Position numbers and translations under genes: made by a program. A stretch of DNA of 64,000 nucleotides, from contig CAYPIF010000052.1 of the NCBI GenBank assembly GCA_964410735.1, positions 7,132 to 71,131 on the forward strand, in the 5' to 3' direction. Under the pieces are notes generated by a model that ran no database searches, was not told the DNA's origin, and saw nothing but the letters and a program-made list of their open reading frames with translations. Positions 26,892 to 37,472 of this stretch are shown here, in pieces (within the stretch, counting starts at the first letter, position 1; each line of letters starts with the position of its first letter). This stretch comes from an uncultured Thermoplasmatales archaeon. Its GTDB lineage: Archaea > Thermoplasmatota > E2 > DHVEG-1.

Positions 26892-28073
26892 GTGACATCG
26901 GTTTGTTTTTATTTTGAAGTGCACCAGCCTATGAGAGTGAATCGGTTCTCAGTGTTTCAGATCGGTAGTTCTGCTTCTCCTTATGAGTATTTCAATCATC
27001 ATTTGAATCAAAAGATCTTTGAAAAAGTCGCGAAAAAATGTTACCTTCCAACCAATAATGCTATTTTGGAGCTTATAGAACAATTTGATAAAAAATTCAA
27101 GGTTTCTTTTAGTCTTACCGGTACGTTTGTTGAATATTGCCAGAAACATATGCCTGAGATCATTGATAGTTTTCGGGCGCTTGTTGATACCGGTGCTGTT
27201 GATCTTATAGAGGAGACATATTTTCATTCTCTGTCAAGTTTATATGATGAACTTGATGAGTTTGAAGAGCAGGTCCTGATGCATAAATATATGCTCAAGG
27301 ATTTGTTCAATTATAGGGCAACTGTTTTCCGTAACACAGAAGCGATTTTTGATAACCGGATTGCGGCAAAGGTTTCAGATATGGGCTATAAAGGTATCAT
27401 CACGGAGGGTGCGGAAAAGACCCTTGGCTGGCGATCACCAAACTTCCTTTATAAACCAGTGAATTCTGATATAAAAGTACTCATGAGGAATTATTCTCTG
27501 AGTGATGATGTTGGATTCCGTTTCTCTGCCCGTGGATGGTCAGGTTTTCCACTAACTGCTGATAAATATGCTGGTTGGATGGCACAGAATCAAGGGGATC
27601 TGATCAATCTTTTCATGGATTATGAGACCTTTGGGGAGCATCAATGGGAGGATACCGGTATCTTTGATTTCCTCAGACATCTCCCGGGGCAGGTCCTGAA
27701 CCATGATCATATGGATTTTGTGACGGTTGGTGAGGCTATCAGACGGTATCAACCGGTGGGCGAGATCGATGTACCTTGGGCGATTTCCTGGGCGGACGAG
27801 GACCGTGATGTGAGTACCTGGCTTGGTAATGATATGCAACATGCTTGTTTCAGGGAACTGCAGGATGTAGGCCGGCAGGTAAAAGAACGAAATGATCCTA
27901 GCTTACTTGACGCCTGGAGAAAACTTCAAACCTCTGATCATCTGTATTATATCTCTACCAAAGGGTTTGAGGATGGAGCGGTACATAGTTACTTTAGCCA
28001 TTATGATACTCCCTATGATGGTTTTATCAATTATATGAACATCCTTCAGGATTTTAAACAGAAATTTATCTAG
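26892..28073 (+). CDS. Glycoside hydrolase family 57 protein (alpha-amylase/4-alpha-glucanotransferase type)
   Basis: GTG start immediately after the glgA stop. N-terminal FYFEVHQPMR (GH57 HQP motif region). Context: between glgA and a debranching enzyme. Confidence 0.65.
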   Translation: MTSVCFYFEVHQPMRVNRFSVFQIGSSASPYEYFNHHLNQKIFEKVAKKCYLPTNNAILELIEQFDKKFKVSFSLTGTFVEYCQKHMPEIIDSFRALVDTGAVDLIEETYFHSLSSLYDELDEFEEQVLMHKYMLKDLFNYRATVFRNTEAIFDNRIAAKVSDMGYKGIITEGAEKTLGWRSPNFLYKPVNSDIKVLMRNYSLSDDVGFRFSARGWSGFPLTADKYAGWMAQNQGDLINLFMDYETFGEHQWEDTGIFDFLRHLPGQVLNHDHMDFVTVGEAIRRYQPVGEIDVPWAISWADEDRDVSTWLGNDMQHACFRELQDVGRQVKERNDPSLLDAWRKLQTSDHLYYISTKGFEDGAVHSYFSHYDTPYDGFINYMNILQDFKQKFI

Positions 28074-28143
28074 ATTTCATGTTTGGTATGTTGTAATGAA
28101 AGTATCTCAATTGTATCATGTATCATACTGGGTGAGGTAGCAT

Positions 28144-30012
28144 ATGAGAGAATGGATTGTTACGAATGGACTTGGAGGGTACACCTTTTTTAATACAATG
28201 CAAAATGCAACAAGGAAATTCCATGGTTTACTCGTAGGAAGCCTTCATCCACCTGTTGAACGCTGGATGTTCATTCAGAATATTCTTGACCGTGTGATCA
28301 TCGGTAATAAAACATATCATCTTTATGATATGAAACCAACCTTCTCCTTTGATCTCTTTCCGACCTTGACCTATCAGTTCAATGGATCCGTCATTCAAAA
28401 AACATTTTGTATGCCCCATGGGCAGAATACGGCTCTCATCAAATATGATATCCATACAGATCAACCTTTATCCCTTATCCACGAACCATTGGTCACCTCT
28501 CGTCATTTCTATGATGTATATCCAACGGTCCCATGGATCGATTTTGATATTGAACAAAAAAAAGATCATCTCCTTGTAAAACCATCAAATGTTAGACAGA
28601 AGCTATTGATCCAAGTGCCTGAGGGCGTTTATCAAAAAAACCCTTATTGGTCACCTATTTTTTATCCCGTAGATTATCAAAGGAATGATTCATGCCATGA
28701 TCATCTTTTCCATATGGGACGATGTATAAAACAGATCGAGACCTCATCGAGTTATTTCATAACAGCGACTATTGAAAAAACTCTTCCTAAAAATCCTGAT
28801 TCTCTTTTCCAGGATGAATTAAAAGGGAAACAAACCCTGCTTGAAGAAGCAGATGTTCCTTTCAAATACCATCGATTAGTGATCTCTTCCGACACATTTC
28901 TTGTGAAGAAAGGGGAGCATACAACGGTTATCGCTGGTTATCCCTGGTTCAGTGACTGGGGCCGAGACACCCTTATCGCGCTTCCAGGTCTCACCTTGGT
29001 TACAAATAGACATATGCTTGCGAAAGATATTCTCCTTGAGCTCCATCAGACCTGTAAACATGGTATTATCCCTAATACCTATAATGATAGGGATGCTGAA
29101 CCAGCATACAACACCGTTGATGCATCTTTATGGTTCATCGATCGTGTCTATCAATACATGAGATACACCGATGATAAGGAGCTTCTCAAAACAGTCTATC
29201 CGACACTTCAATCGATCGTTCATCATTATCAACAAGGAACGCTCCATGGTATTCATATGGATGGGGATTATCTTATTTCTCATGACCCCGGATTAACATG
29301 GATGGATGTGAAACTCGGTGACTTCTACCCTACCCCACGAGGTAACAAAGCGGTGGAGATCCAGGCGTTATGGTATAATGCTCTCTCGATAATGGGACTT
29401 TTCTCACAAATACTTGGCGAGGTTGATACCTATTCTGATCTTTCGAAAGAGGTCAAGAGTTCCTTTTTGGACGTCTATGATGAACAATATGATGTTATTG
29501 GAGATAAGGATGCATCGATACGACCAAATAAAATATTCCTTGTGTCCCTTCCATTCAATATGATAGATGATCGATTGCAATCAGACATCGTTCAAAATAT
29601 TCAGGACCATCTGCTCACTGTTTTTGGCCTGAGGACCTTATCCCCTAAAGATCCAAATTACAAAGGAACATATTTCGGTAATTACCATAAGGATGTTGCG
29701 TATCATAATGGTACGGTATGGCCATGGCTCCTCGGTTCATTCATCACAGCATTTTTAAAAACACATCGATATGAGAAACAATGGCGAGATCATGCATATA
29801 AAGAATTCATTGAGCCGCTTTTACATATCTATGGGGATAAATGGGATGGCTCTATCCATGAGATATTCGATGCTGATCCTCCATATGCGCCACGTGGTTG
29901 TGTTGCTCAAGCATGGAGCGTTAGTGAGATCCTTCGTGCACTGATCGAAGATATCGAGCAAAAACGACCGCCATATGAGAAAAGATACGAATTAGATGAA
30001 ATACGCGTTTAG
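28144..30012 (+). CDS. Glycogen debranching enzyme (amylo-alpha-1,6-glucosidase, GDE_C-type (alpha/alpha)6 barrel)
   Basis: N-terminal MREWIVTNGLGGY, GYPWFSDWGRDT, NGTVWPWLLG blocks typical of archaeal/bacterial GDE (TreX-unrelated GH133-like) enzymes. Confidence 0.75.
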   Translation: MREWIVTNGLGGYTFFNTMQNATRKFHGLLVGSLHPPVERWMFIQNILDRVIIGNKTYHLYDMKPTFSFDLFPTLTYQFNGSVIQKTFCMPHGQNTALIKYDIHTDQPLSLIHEPLVTSRHFYDVYPTVPWIDFDIEQKKDHLLVKPSNVRQKLLIQVPEGVYQKNPYWSPIFYPVDYQRNDSCHDHLFHMGRCIKQIETSSSYFITATIEKTLPKNPDSLFQDELKGKQTLLEEADVPFKYHRLVISSDTFLVKKGEHTTVIAGYPWFSDWGRDTLIALPGLTLVTNRHMLAKDILLELHQTCKHGIIPNTYNDRDAEPAYNTVDASLWFIDRVYQYMRYTDDKELLKTVYPTLQSIVHHYQQGTLHGIHMDGDYLISHDPGLTWMDVKLGDFYPTPRGNKAVEIQALWYNALSIMGLFSQILGEVDTYSDLSKEVKSSFLDVYDEQYDVIGDKDASIRPNKIFLVSLPFNMIDDRLQSDIVQNIQDHLLTVFGLRTLSPKDPNYKGTYFGNYHKDVAYHNGTVWPWLLGSFITAFLKTHRYEKQWRDHAYKEFIEPLLHIYGDKWDGSIHEIFDADPPYAPRGCVAQAWSVSEILRALIEDIEQKRPPYEKRYELDEIRV

Positions 30013-31692
30013 AACATATTGTTGTATCATTCGATTTGTGTTGAAAAAGGATGCGTTTATTGCGATACAACTTCTCATTGTCCGGATCCAATTATCCCGG
30101 TCATTGTAAAATTTCGGTAAAATGAATTTCTCAAGTTTTTCATAAAGGTCCGCTCGGTCAATATCATCATCTGATTGTTCATCCTCTGTTTTCATCGGGC
30201 CCACGGACCATCCCGTGATATTCTCAATACATCCCTCAAGCCACCAGCCGTCCAATGTTCCAAATTGAGGTACACCGTTATGAGCAGCTTTCATCCCTGA
30301 TGTTCCTGATGCCTCCATCGGTCGACGTGGTGTGTTCAACCAGATATCAACTCCGGAGATGAGAAGTTTTGCTAGTGTCATATCATAGTTTGGTATGAAT
30401 GCTATCTTGATATTTGCACCAACGTTTCTCATGGCATTATAGATAGTTTTGATATAGTCCTTGCCATTTGTATCATTTGGATGGGCTTTTCCGCCATAGA
30501 CGATCTGAATTGGTCCACCATTCTCCGCAATATGGCAGAGACGTTTGATATCTGATATAAGGAGATCTGGACGTTTATAAGCTGTAGCCCGTCGAGCAAA
30601 ACCGATGGTGAAATCATCATAGTTCATCCCGGTGTTACAACGGAGATTCACAAAATCGATGAGATTCTTCTTAGCAGTGAGATGCGCAGCCCATATTTCC
30701 TCTTTTTGAATGCTAAATGCTGAACGAAGAAGACAAGGATCTGCTCGCCAACCAGGCATATGTGTGTCAAAGAGCCTTTGGAAGGGTTTTGATATCCATG
30801 TCTGACTATGAACACCATTTGTTATCGAATCAATGGAATAACCTGGAAACATCAATCGTGATATCTCTCCATGCTTCTTTGCAACACCATTCACATAATG
30901 GCTGAAGAACAATGCAAGCCGGGTCATGTTCAAACGATTTTCAAACGTCACCTCAGGCAGGATACTTTCAACAAGAAGATCACCTATCATTGCTTTTGCC
31001 AGTGAGAGATCAAATTGATCATGCCCTGCAGCGACAGGAGTATGAGTGGTGAATACACAATGTTCGCGAACCTTTTCAACATCTTTATTATGGGTTTTAT
31101 AGAGCTCAAGGGTCCCTAGTGCAGCATGACCCTCATTCATATGGTATCGGTTAATAGAATCATATCCAAGGGCCTGAAGCATCCTTGCCCCTCCGACACC
31201 TAAAATGATCTCTTGGGCAAGTCTATATTTTCTGTCACCACCATAAAGATATTTTGTTAGCTCCCTGTCCCATGGATCATTACCCTCAACATTAGAGTCA
31301 AGGAAAAGAACAGGTATGATATACCCATTGATGCCCTTATATTCGTACAGCCAGACTTGTAAGGAAACATCTCTATTCTCTATCTGAACCTTCGTCTTTG
31401 AAGGAAGAAGGGTTAAGTAATCAGAAGGATTGAAACGAATGGGAAGTTCGATCTGGTTACCTTGATCATCGATCTTCTGATAAAAATACCCTTTCTCGGA
31501 GAGCAAAGTGACACCAACGATGGGTACATGAAGATCTGCACAGGATTTGATACTGTCGCCAGCAAGGACGCCAAGACCTCCGCTATACGAGGGGATTCGT
31601 TCGTCAATTCCGATTTCCATAGAAAAGTAAGCGATCTTTGGTGTGCCGTTGACCTGGTTCTTTTTCTGATTCTTTGTATCTGTTCCGCTCAT
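29992..31692 (-). CDS. glgP: Alpha-glucan (glycogen/maltodextrin) phosphorylase, GT35
   Basis: IAYFSMEIGIDERIPSYSGGLGVLAGD, TNGVHSQTW, and the PLP-lysine context EASGTSGMKAAHNG. Confidence 0.85.
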   Translation of the reverse strand: MSGTDTKNQKKNQVNGTPKIAYFSMEIGIDERIPSYSGGLGVLAGDSIKSCADLHVPIVGVTLLSEKGYFYQKIDDQGNQIELPIRFNPSDYLTLLPSKTKVQIENRDVSLQVWLYEYKGINGYIIPVLFLDSNVEGNDPWDRELTKYLYGGDRKYRLAQEIILGVGGARMLQALGYDSINRYHMNEGHAALGTLELYKTHNKDVEKVREHCVFTTHTPVAAGHDQFDLSLAKAMIGDLLVESILPEVTFENRLNMTRLALFFSHYVNGVAKKHGEISRLMFPGYSIDSITNGVHSQTWISKPFQRLFDTHMPGWRADPCLLRSAFSIQKEEIWAAHLTAKKNLIDFVNLRCNTGMNYDDFTIGFARRATAYKRPDLLISDIKRLCHIAENGGPIQIVYGGKAHPNDTNGKDYIKTIYNAMRNVGANIKIAFIPNYDMTLAKLLISGVDIWLNTPRRPMEASGTSGMKAAHNGVPQFGTLDGWWLEGCIENITGWSVGPMKTEDEQSDDDIDRADLYEKLEKFILPKFYNDRDNWIRTMRSCIAINASFFNTNRMIQQYVLNAYFI

Positions 31693-31912
31693 CCAGTCTC
31701 ATCCATCCGTATACTCTAGGTTATATAATTTCTTGTATTTCCAATTTGATAAATTGGTAACATCATTTATATCTTATCTTTTTTTCCCTCTTTTACCAGT
31801 GTGTTTTATAACGTTGAAACCCGTTTCTTTTATTCTTTTTTAGTAATAAAAGACGAGAAATTTATATACTTCCTGCTATTAACATATAATCATATTGGTA
31901 TGGTGAAAAGTT

Positions 31913-32155
31913 ATGGGAAAAAAGATTTGCGGTGTGTGTAATCGAGATTTTGAACTCGAAGATAATAAACTTGGTATTGTTCTCGATGATGAACTTTTCG
32001 TATGTGAGGAATGCCATAGTCATATGGATGAAAATGAAAAGCAGAGTCTTTTCAATTCAACGATTATGCATGCCCCGCGAAAGGAAATGCCGATTGCTCT
32101 GTGGCTTATCCAAGAGCAGAATAAGGATAAACCCTTTATGTCAATAAAGCGGTAA
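31913..32155 (+). CDS. Small zinc-ribbon protein (CGVC...CEEC)
   Basis: 80 aa; two CxxC pairs. Sits at the head of the IPK operon. Confidence 0.35.
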   Translation: MGKKICGVCNRDFELEDNKLGIVLDDELFVCEECHSHMDENEKQSLFNSTIMHAPRKEMPIALWLIQEQNKDKPFMSIKR

Positions 32156-32221
32156 TTTCTTAGATCTGTTTCACGGTTAGTCATAGAATATTTTTTTAGA
32201 TATGAATGTATTTAACTTGTT

Positions 32222-32998
32222 ATGTTTCTCATTAAATTGGGTGGAAGTGTCATTACTGAAAAAGCTCAGGAGAAACCAATTTTTAAAAAGAACCTTGTTG
32301 ATGAGATCGTCTCAACTATCTCAACGGCACAAAAAGATGTTGTTATTGTTCATGGTGCTGGGTCCTTTGGTCATGTGCTAGCAAAACAACATGACCTTAT
32401 CAACGGTTGTAATTCACTTACTCAAAAACAAGGATTCGCTGAGACTCTTGGGCTTGTGCAAGAGTTGAATTCTTTTGTCCTTGCATCGTTTCATGATCAT
32501 AATCTCCCTGCGATCTCCCTTCCACCGCATGCACTTGTAACACTTAAGAACAAAGCCCTTCATACATTTAATTCTGAAATATTCGTAAAGTATGCGGATG
32601 CTGGTTTTATTCCAGTTACCTTTGGTGATGTTGTTCTTGATGTTTCATTAGGTTGCTCTATCTGTTCTGGTGATCTGTTGATCCATGCGCTTGCGCAGAC
32701 TTTTAAACCGGAAGCGGTTCTTTTTTTAATGGATGAAGATGGATTGTATACTGATAATCCTAAGAAGAATAAAGATGCAACATTTATCAATTCGATAGGA
32801 ATACATGAAATTGATTCATTGGTAACAGATCTTGATGATCATGCTGATGTGACAAAAGGGATGGAGGGAAAGCTCCAGACCATAACACAGATCGTTGAAC
32901 AAGGACGCCCAACCGTGCTTCTAAATGGTAATAAACCAGATCGCCTTTATGATGTTCTGCAAGGTAATGAAACCATATGTACCATTGTCCATAGGTGA
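32222..32998 (+). CDS. Isopentenyl phosphate kinase (amino-acid-kinase fold)
   Basis: LIKLGGSVIT, VVIVHGAGSFGH (IPK His motif), about 258 aa. Adjacent to IDI-2 and a GGPP synthase. Confidence 0.85.
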   Translation: MFLIKLGGSVITEKAQEKPIFKKNLVDEIVSTISTAQKDVVIVHGAGSFGHVLAKQHDLINGCNSLTQKQGFAETLGLVQELNSFVLASFHDHNLPAISLPPHALVTLKNKALHTFNSEIFVKYADAGFIPVTFGDVVLDVSLGCSICSGDLLIHALAQTFKPEAVLFLMDEDGLYTDNPKKNKDATFINSIGIHEIDSLVTDLDDHADVTKGMEGKLQTITQIVEQGRPTVLLNGNKPDRLYDVLQGNETICTIVHR

Positions 32999-33004
32999 AC
33001 GTAG

Positions 33005-34051
33005 ATGGATTTGATTGAAAACAGGAAGGATGAACATGTTCGCATTGCCCTCGAAGAAAATGTTAATGCGAAACATAATCACTGGGATGACATAGATCTT
33101 ATTCATAATGCGCTTCCTGAGATAAATTATGATGAAATTGATATCTCGACGACACTTTTCAACAAACAACTAGGCGCTCCTATCGTTATTGCTGCGATGA
33201 CTGGCGGATATGATTTCGCTAAAGAAATTAATGAACGATTGGCGTTTGCAGCTGAACATTTTCAGATACCAATGGGTGTAGGATCACAACGTGCTGCAGT
33301 TGAGAACCCAAAACTGATACGGACCTATAGTGTGGTCAAGGATTTTGATATACCTGTAAGAATTGCAAATATCGGGGCATCTCAACTTGTATTATGGGGT
33401 CATAAGAAGACCCGTGAATATCTTGAGGATATTATCTCAATGATCGATGCACATGCTGTCGCTATCTGTTTGAACTTTCTTCAGGAAGTTGTTCAATTTG
33501 AAGGAGAGCCTCATGCAAAAGGATGCCTGCATGAAATAGAACAACTTGCAGAAGAGATAGATATACCAATCATTGTCAAAGAATCAGGTGCGGGGATCTC
33601 TTTAGATGTTGCACATCGTTTATCGAAAACAAACATTGCTGCTATCGATGTGGGCGGAAAAGGTGGGACATCCTTTGCAGCGATTGAACATTACCGCGCA
33701 AAACTTCATGATGATCACTTGAATGCCTGTGGTGGTGAGACCTTTTGGGATTGGGGTATTCCAACCCCTCAATCAATACTTAATGTGGGGAAGGCAACGA
33801 ACTGGCAATTGCCAATTATTTCAACAGGGGGCATCAGAAATGGACTTGATGTAGCAAAAGCTCTTATCCTTGGTGCCCGTTGCGCGGGTGTTGCACAGGC
33901 TTTATTGAAACCTTCAACGAAGAGTAAAGAGGAAACCATGTTGGCCGTAGAGGTTATGATAAAAGAGCTACAGGCTGTGATGTTTCTCACTGGCATAAAT
34001 TCGGTTCAAAAAATGAAAGAGGTCAACTATGAATTTAGAAAAAGAACTTAG
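33005..34051 (+). CDS. fni: Type 2 isopentenyl-diphosphate delta-isomerase (FMN-dependent)
   Basis: RKDEHV start region, TIM-barrel FMN-binding blocks (IIVKESGAGIS, GGKGGTSFAAIE, ISTGGIRNGLDVAKAL). Confidence 0.9.
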   Translation: MDLIENRKDEHVRIALEENVNAKHNHWDDIDLIHNALPEINYDEIDISTTLFNKQLGAPIVIAAMTGGYDFAKEINERLAFAAEHFQIPMGVGSQRAAVENPKLIRTYSVVKDFDIPVRIANIGASQLVLWGHKKTREYLEDIISMIDAHAVAICLNFLQEVVQFEGEPHAKGCLHEIEQLAEEIDIPIIVKESGAGISLDVAHRLSKTNIAAIDVGGKGGTSFAAIEHYRAKLHDDHLNACGGETFWDWGIPTPQSILNVGKATNWQLPIISTGGIRNGLDVAKALILGARCAGVAQALLKPSTKSKEETMLAVEVMIKELQAVMFLTGINSVQKMKEVNYEFRKRT

Positions 34052-35012
34052 AGTATATAGCGATATTTTTAATAAAGCAATGGAGAACTATCTTTTCAAG
34101 GATGATTCGGAGAATCTGTACGAGGCTGCTCGTCATATTCCCTTTGCTGGAGGGAAACGGATACGGCCGGTCTTAGCAATGCTTTCTGCAGAGGCAACAG
34201 GCGGATCATCTGATGATGTCATCTCCTTTGGTTTGGCTCTTGAGATCATCCATAGTTTCAGTCTTGTCCATGATGATATCATGGATAAATCAACCCTTCG
34301 GAGGAATATTCCAACGGTGCATGTAAAATTTGGTGAGCCAATCGCTATTCTTGCGGGGGATCTTCTGTTCATTCGGGCATTTGACGCGCTAGGTACCTAT
34401 TATGAAAATCCTTCTCTTTATTCAATGGTTAGTCGCAAGTTCATCCAGGCGGTGACAGATGTCTGTGAAGGCCAATACCTTGATATGACCTTTGAAAAAA
34501 GACCGAATGTTACAAGAAATGAGTATATGACCATGATTGAAAAGAAAACAGCGGCATTGTTCCGTGTTGCAGCAGAAGGTGGTAGTATCGTTGCTGGTTC
34601 ATCATCTCGGGTTCAAAAAGCGATGAATACCTATGGTGCTGCTCTCGGATTAGCGTTTCAGATACGTGATGATGCCCTTGATATGATCAGTGATACAGAG
34701 ACACTTGGGAAGGATATTGGTAATGATATTCGAAATGGGAAGAAGACCTTGATAGCGGTTCATGCGTTGGAACATGCATCAGGGGAGAATAAACAGATCC
34801 TCTCGAAACTTTTTGGCAACCCAAACGCATCAGATAGTGATATCTCAAAGGTTCGGCAGGTCTTTTCAAATGTTGGATCTATTCAGTTCGCTGAGGAAAA
34901 AGCAAAGGAATATAGCATGGTTGCGATTAACGCCTTGTCTGTGTTATCTGATTCTCATGCAAAAGAGGTGTTATCAGATATCGCAGAATTCGCAGTTACA
35001 CGAGTGAAATAG
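34029..35012 (+). CDS. idsA: Polyprenyl (geranylgeranyl) diphosphate synthase
   Basis: First Asp-rich motif LVHDDIMD and second QIRDDALD. About 327 aa. Overlaps the fni 3' end by 23 nt. Confidence 0.9.
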   Translation: MNLEKELRVYSDIFNKAMENYLFKDDSENLYEAARHIPFAGGKRIRPVLAMLSAEATGGSSDDVISFGLALEIIHSFSLVHDDIMDKSTLRRNIPTVHVKFGEPIAILAGDLLFIRAFDALGTYYENPSLYSMVSRKFIQAVTDVCEGQYLDMTFEKRPNVTRNEYMTMIEKKTAALFRVAAEGGSIVAGSSSRVQKAMNTYGAALGLAFQIRDDALDMISDTETLGKDIGNDIRNGKKTLIAVHALEHASGENKQILSKLFGNPNASDSDISKVRQVFSNVGSIQFAEEKAKEYSMVAINALSVLSDSHAKEVLSDIAEFAVTRVK

Positions 35013-35015
35013 AAT

Positions 35016-36734
35016 ATGAGCCAAGATGAGATTGTACTTGTTGCAAAAAAATTTGCGTTGCAGAATGCGGTCCAATTTGACGGGGCTGCTCAGCCTAAGG
35101 CAGTGATAGGAAAGGTCATTGGTATTTTTCAAAAACAAGGTGTATCTCCAAAGGAGATCATACCCATTGTTCAATCTGTAGTGTCGGAGGTTAATTCGTT
35201 ATCTCTTGATGATCAGAGACAGATGCTTGAGGATCTAGCTCCGGAGATGCTTGAAAAGAAAAAGAAGGTTCGTGATTTCTCCCTGCCCAATCTACCCAAT
35301 GCTGAAGATGGAAAAGTGGTTACCCGATTTCCACCCGAGCCAAATGGATACTTGCACATTGGTCATGCAAAAGCAGCTATTGTTGATTATGAATATGCAA
35401 AGAAATATGGTGGGAAGTTCATCCTTCGCTTTGATGATACGAACCCTGAAAATGATCGAAAAGAGTTCTATGATGCTCAGAAAGCCGATCTGAAATGGCT
35501 TGGGATCAGCTGGGATGAGGTCTATAACACATCTGATCATCTTCCCATGCATTACAAGCTTGCCTCTCAGTTGATATCGCAGGGTGATGCATATGTATGT
35601 CAATGTTCTCCCGAGGATATTAAAAAGGGCAGGTTTGAGAAAAAACCCTGTTCCTGCAGAGGCCGTGATGTTAACCATCAAGCGGAACTTTGGAATCGGA
35701 TGCTTGATGGATCTCTCTCTAATTGTGTTCTTCGTTTGAAGGCAGATATGGAAAGTGTGAATACTGCGATGCGTGACCCGACATTGTTCCGTATTATTGA
35801 CACTCCTCATCCGTTACAGGGTGATAGGTATCATGTCTGGCCAACATATGATTTTGCTGGTGCGGTTGAGGATAGTATCAGTGGTGTTACCCATCCGTTT
35901 CGAACTAAGGAATATGAGTTACGCGATGAATGTTATTTCTTCCTTCTTGAGAAACTTAATCTTAGAAAACCTCATCTAATGGAGTTCGCTCGTTTGTCGA
36001 TAGAGGGGATGCCTGTTTCAAAAAGAAAGATCAAACCCTTAATAGAACAAGGTCTTGTTCAAGGGTATGATGATATTCGTCTTCCAACATTACAGGGTTT
36101 AAGAAGACGTGGGATTTTACCTGAGGCTATTAAACAGTTTGTCCTCACTCAAGGCATTTCAAAGGTTGAGTCTACGGTGACGTTTAGTCTTGTGGAAGCG
36201 GAGAATAGAAAGATCATTGACCCAATTTCTAAACGTTTGTTCTTTGTTTCTGATCCGATACAGCTTACTGTTGAGGGTTCACTAAAGAGAACTGTTTCCA
36301 TTCCTTTCCATCCAACTGATGAATCCATGGGTCACCGTTCAGTGAATACGGCGGATACGTTTTTCATTCCTAGTGAGGATGCTCATACGCTTCAGAAAGA
36401 CGATATTTTCCGTCTTAAGGATTTATATAATGTAAAAATAGTGGAAAAAAATGAAGGTATCTCTGGTTTGTTTGCTGGTACGGATCTTATACAGGATTCG
36501 TTGAAAATACAGTGGACGACAGATAATTATGTACCTGTTACCGTATATGTTCCTGATCGGTTGTTCAATCAAGATGACACCTATAACAAAGAGAGTTTGC
36601 GAACCATCAACGGATATGCTGAAAAGGCATTGGACCAATTCAAAACAGGAGATATCATCCAATTCGAACGATTTGGTTTTGTACGATTAGAACGTACCTC
36701 TGATGGGTTTATCGCGAATTTTTGCCATCGGTAA
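35016..36734 (+). CDS. gltX: Glutamyl-tRNA synthetase, archaeal type
   Basis: RFPPEPNGYLHIGHAKAA (HIGH), class-I catalytic core, about 572 aa (archaeal/eukaryal-type length). Confidence 0.9.
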   Translation: MSQDEIVLVAKKFALQNAVQFDGAAQPKAVIGKVIGIFQKQGVSPKEIIPIVQSVVSEVNSLSLDDQRQMLEDLAPEMLEKKKKVRDFSLPNLPNAEDGKVVTRFPPEPNGYLHIGHAKAAIVDYEYAKKYGGKFILRFDDTNPENDRKEFYDAQKADLKWLGISWDEVYNTSDHLPMHYKLASQLISQGDAYVCQCSPEDIKKGRFEKKPCSCRGRDVNHQAELWNRMLDGSLSNCVLRLKADMESVNTAMRDPTLFRIIDTPHPLQGDRYHVWPTYDFAGAVEDSISGVTHPFRTKEYELRDECYFFLLEKLNLRKPHLMEFARLSIEGMPVSKRKIKPLIEQGLVQGYDDIRLPTLQGLRRRGILPEAIKQFVLTQGISKVESTVTFSLVEAENRKIIDPISKRLFFVSDPIQLTVEGSLKRTVSIPFHPTDESMGHRSVNTADTFFIPSEDAHTLQKDDIFRLKDLYNVKIVEKNEGISGLFAGTDLIQDSLKIQWTTDNYVPVTVYVPDRLFNQDDTYNKESLRTINGYAEKALDQFKTGDIIQFERFGFVRLERTSDGFIANFCHR

Positions 36735-36773
36735 CTTTTTAAATTTCTATTACCATTCTTTGTTTGTAAATCT

Positions 36774-37472
36774 TTGTTAGGATGGGATAAAATGAAGATT
36801 CAATATATTGCTCTGAGTTTCATACTATCAGGTATACTGTTAAGTCCATGTGTTATTGCTCAACAGGATGATACGATTTTAGGACTTCAAGAAGAGATTT
36901 TTTATGGAATACTGGCATTGGTCGTGCTTGTCATCGGCATACTTACGGTTGGTGGTATCAAATATGTTACTGCTGAGAATGTCCTGGATACGTCTGTTAG
37001 AAAGGATCTTTATGAGTATATCGATGAATACCCGGGTTCTCATTTACGTGAAATAGCTCGTGAACTTCATCTTAAACCGAGCAATGCTGCCTGGCATCTC
37101 CGAAAACTGGAACAAACGAATCTTGTGAGAAGCAGGGCGATCGGCGGAAAAAAAGTGTATTACCTTGTTGAAGGTGGTATTGAGGCACGAAAGGAGGCCG
37201 TAGCAGAATCAATATTGCGAAATGCAAATGCTCGTAAGATCATGAGGTATCTAGTGAAAAACCCTGGAAAACATCTTGTAGAAATCGCTCATGCATTGGA
37301 TCTGAATCATCATACGGTCAAATGGCATATCAAGAAAATGTATCTAGCCGAACTTATTGAGGGAGATACAAGTAATTCAAGCTATCCTGTTTATTATCCA
37401 ACTCAAACAGGCATAATGGTCACTAAAGAAGTGGTAATGAAAAAAATGAAAAAGGAAAAGAAAGCATCCTAG
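36774..37472 (+). CDS. Membrane-anchored protein with two ArsR-like winged-helix domains
   Basis: Two N-terminal hydrophobic helices, then the duplicated HTH pair HLREIARELHLKPSNAAWHLRKLEQTNLV and HLVEIAHALDLNHHTVKWHIKKMYLAELI. Confidence 0.5.
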   Translation: MLGWDKMKIQYIALSFILSGILLSPCVIAQQDDTILGLQEEIFYGILALVVLVIGILTVGGIKYVTAENVLDTSVRKDLYEYIDEYPGSHLREIARELHLKPSNAAWHLRKLEQTNLVRSRAIGGKKVYYLVEGGIEARKEAVAESILRNANARKIMRYLVKNPGKHLVEIAHALDLNHHTVKWHIKKMYLAELIEGDTSNSSYPVYYPTQTGIMVTKEVVMKKMKKEKKAS

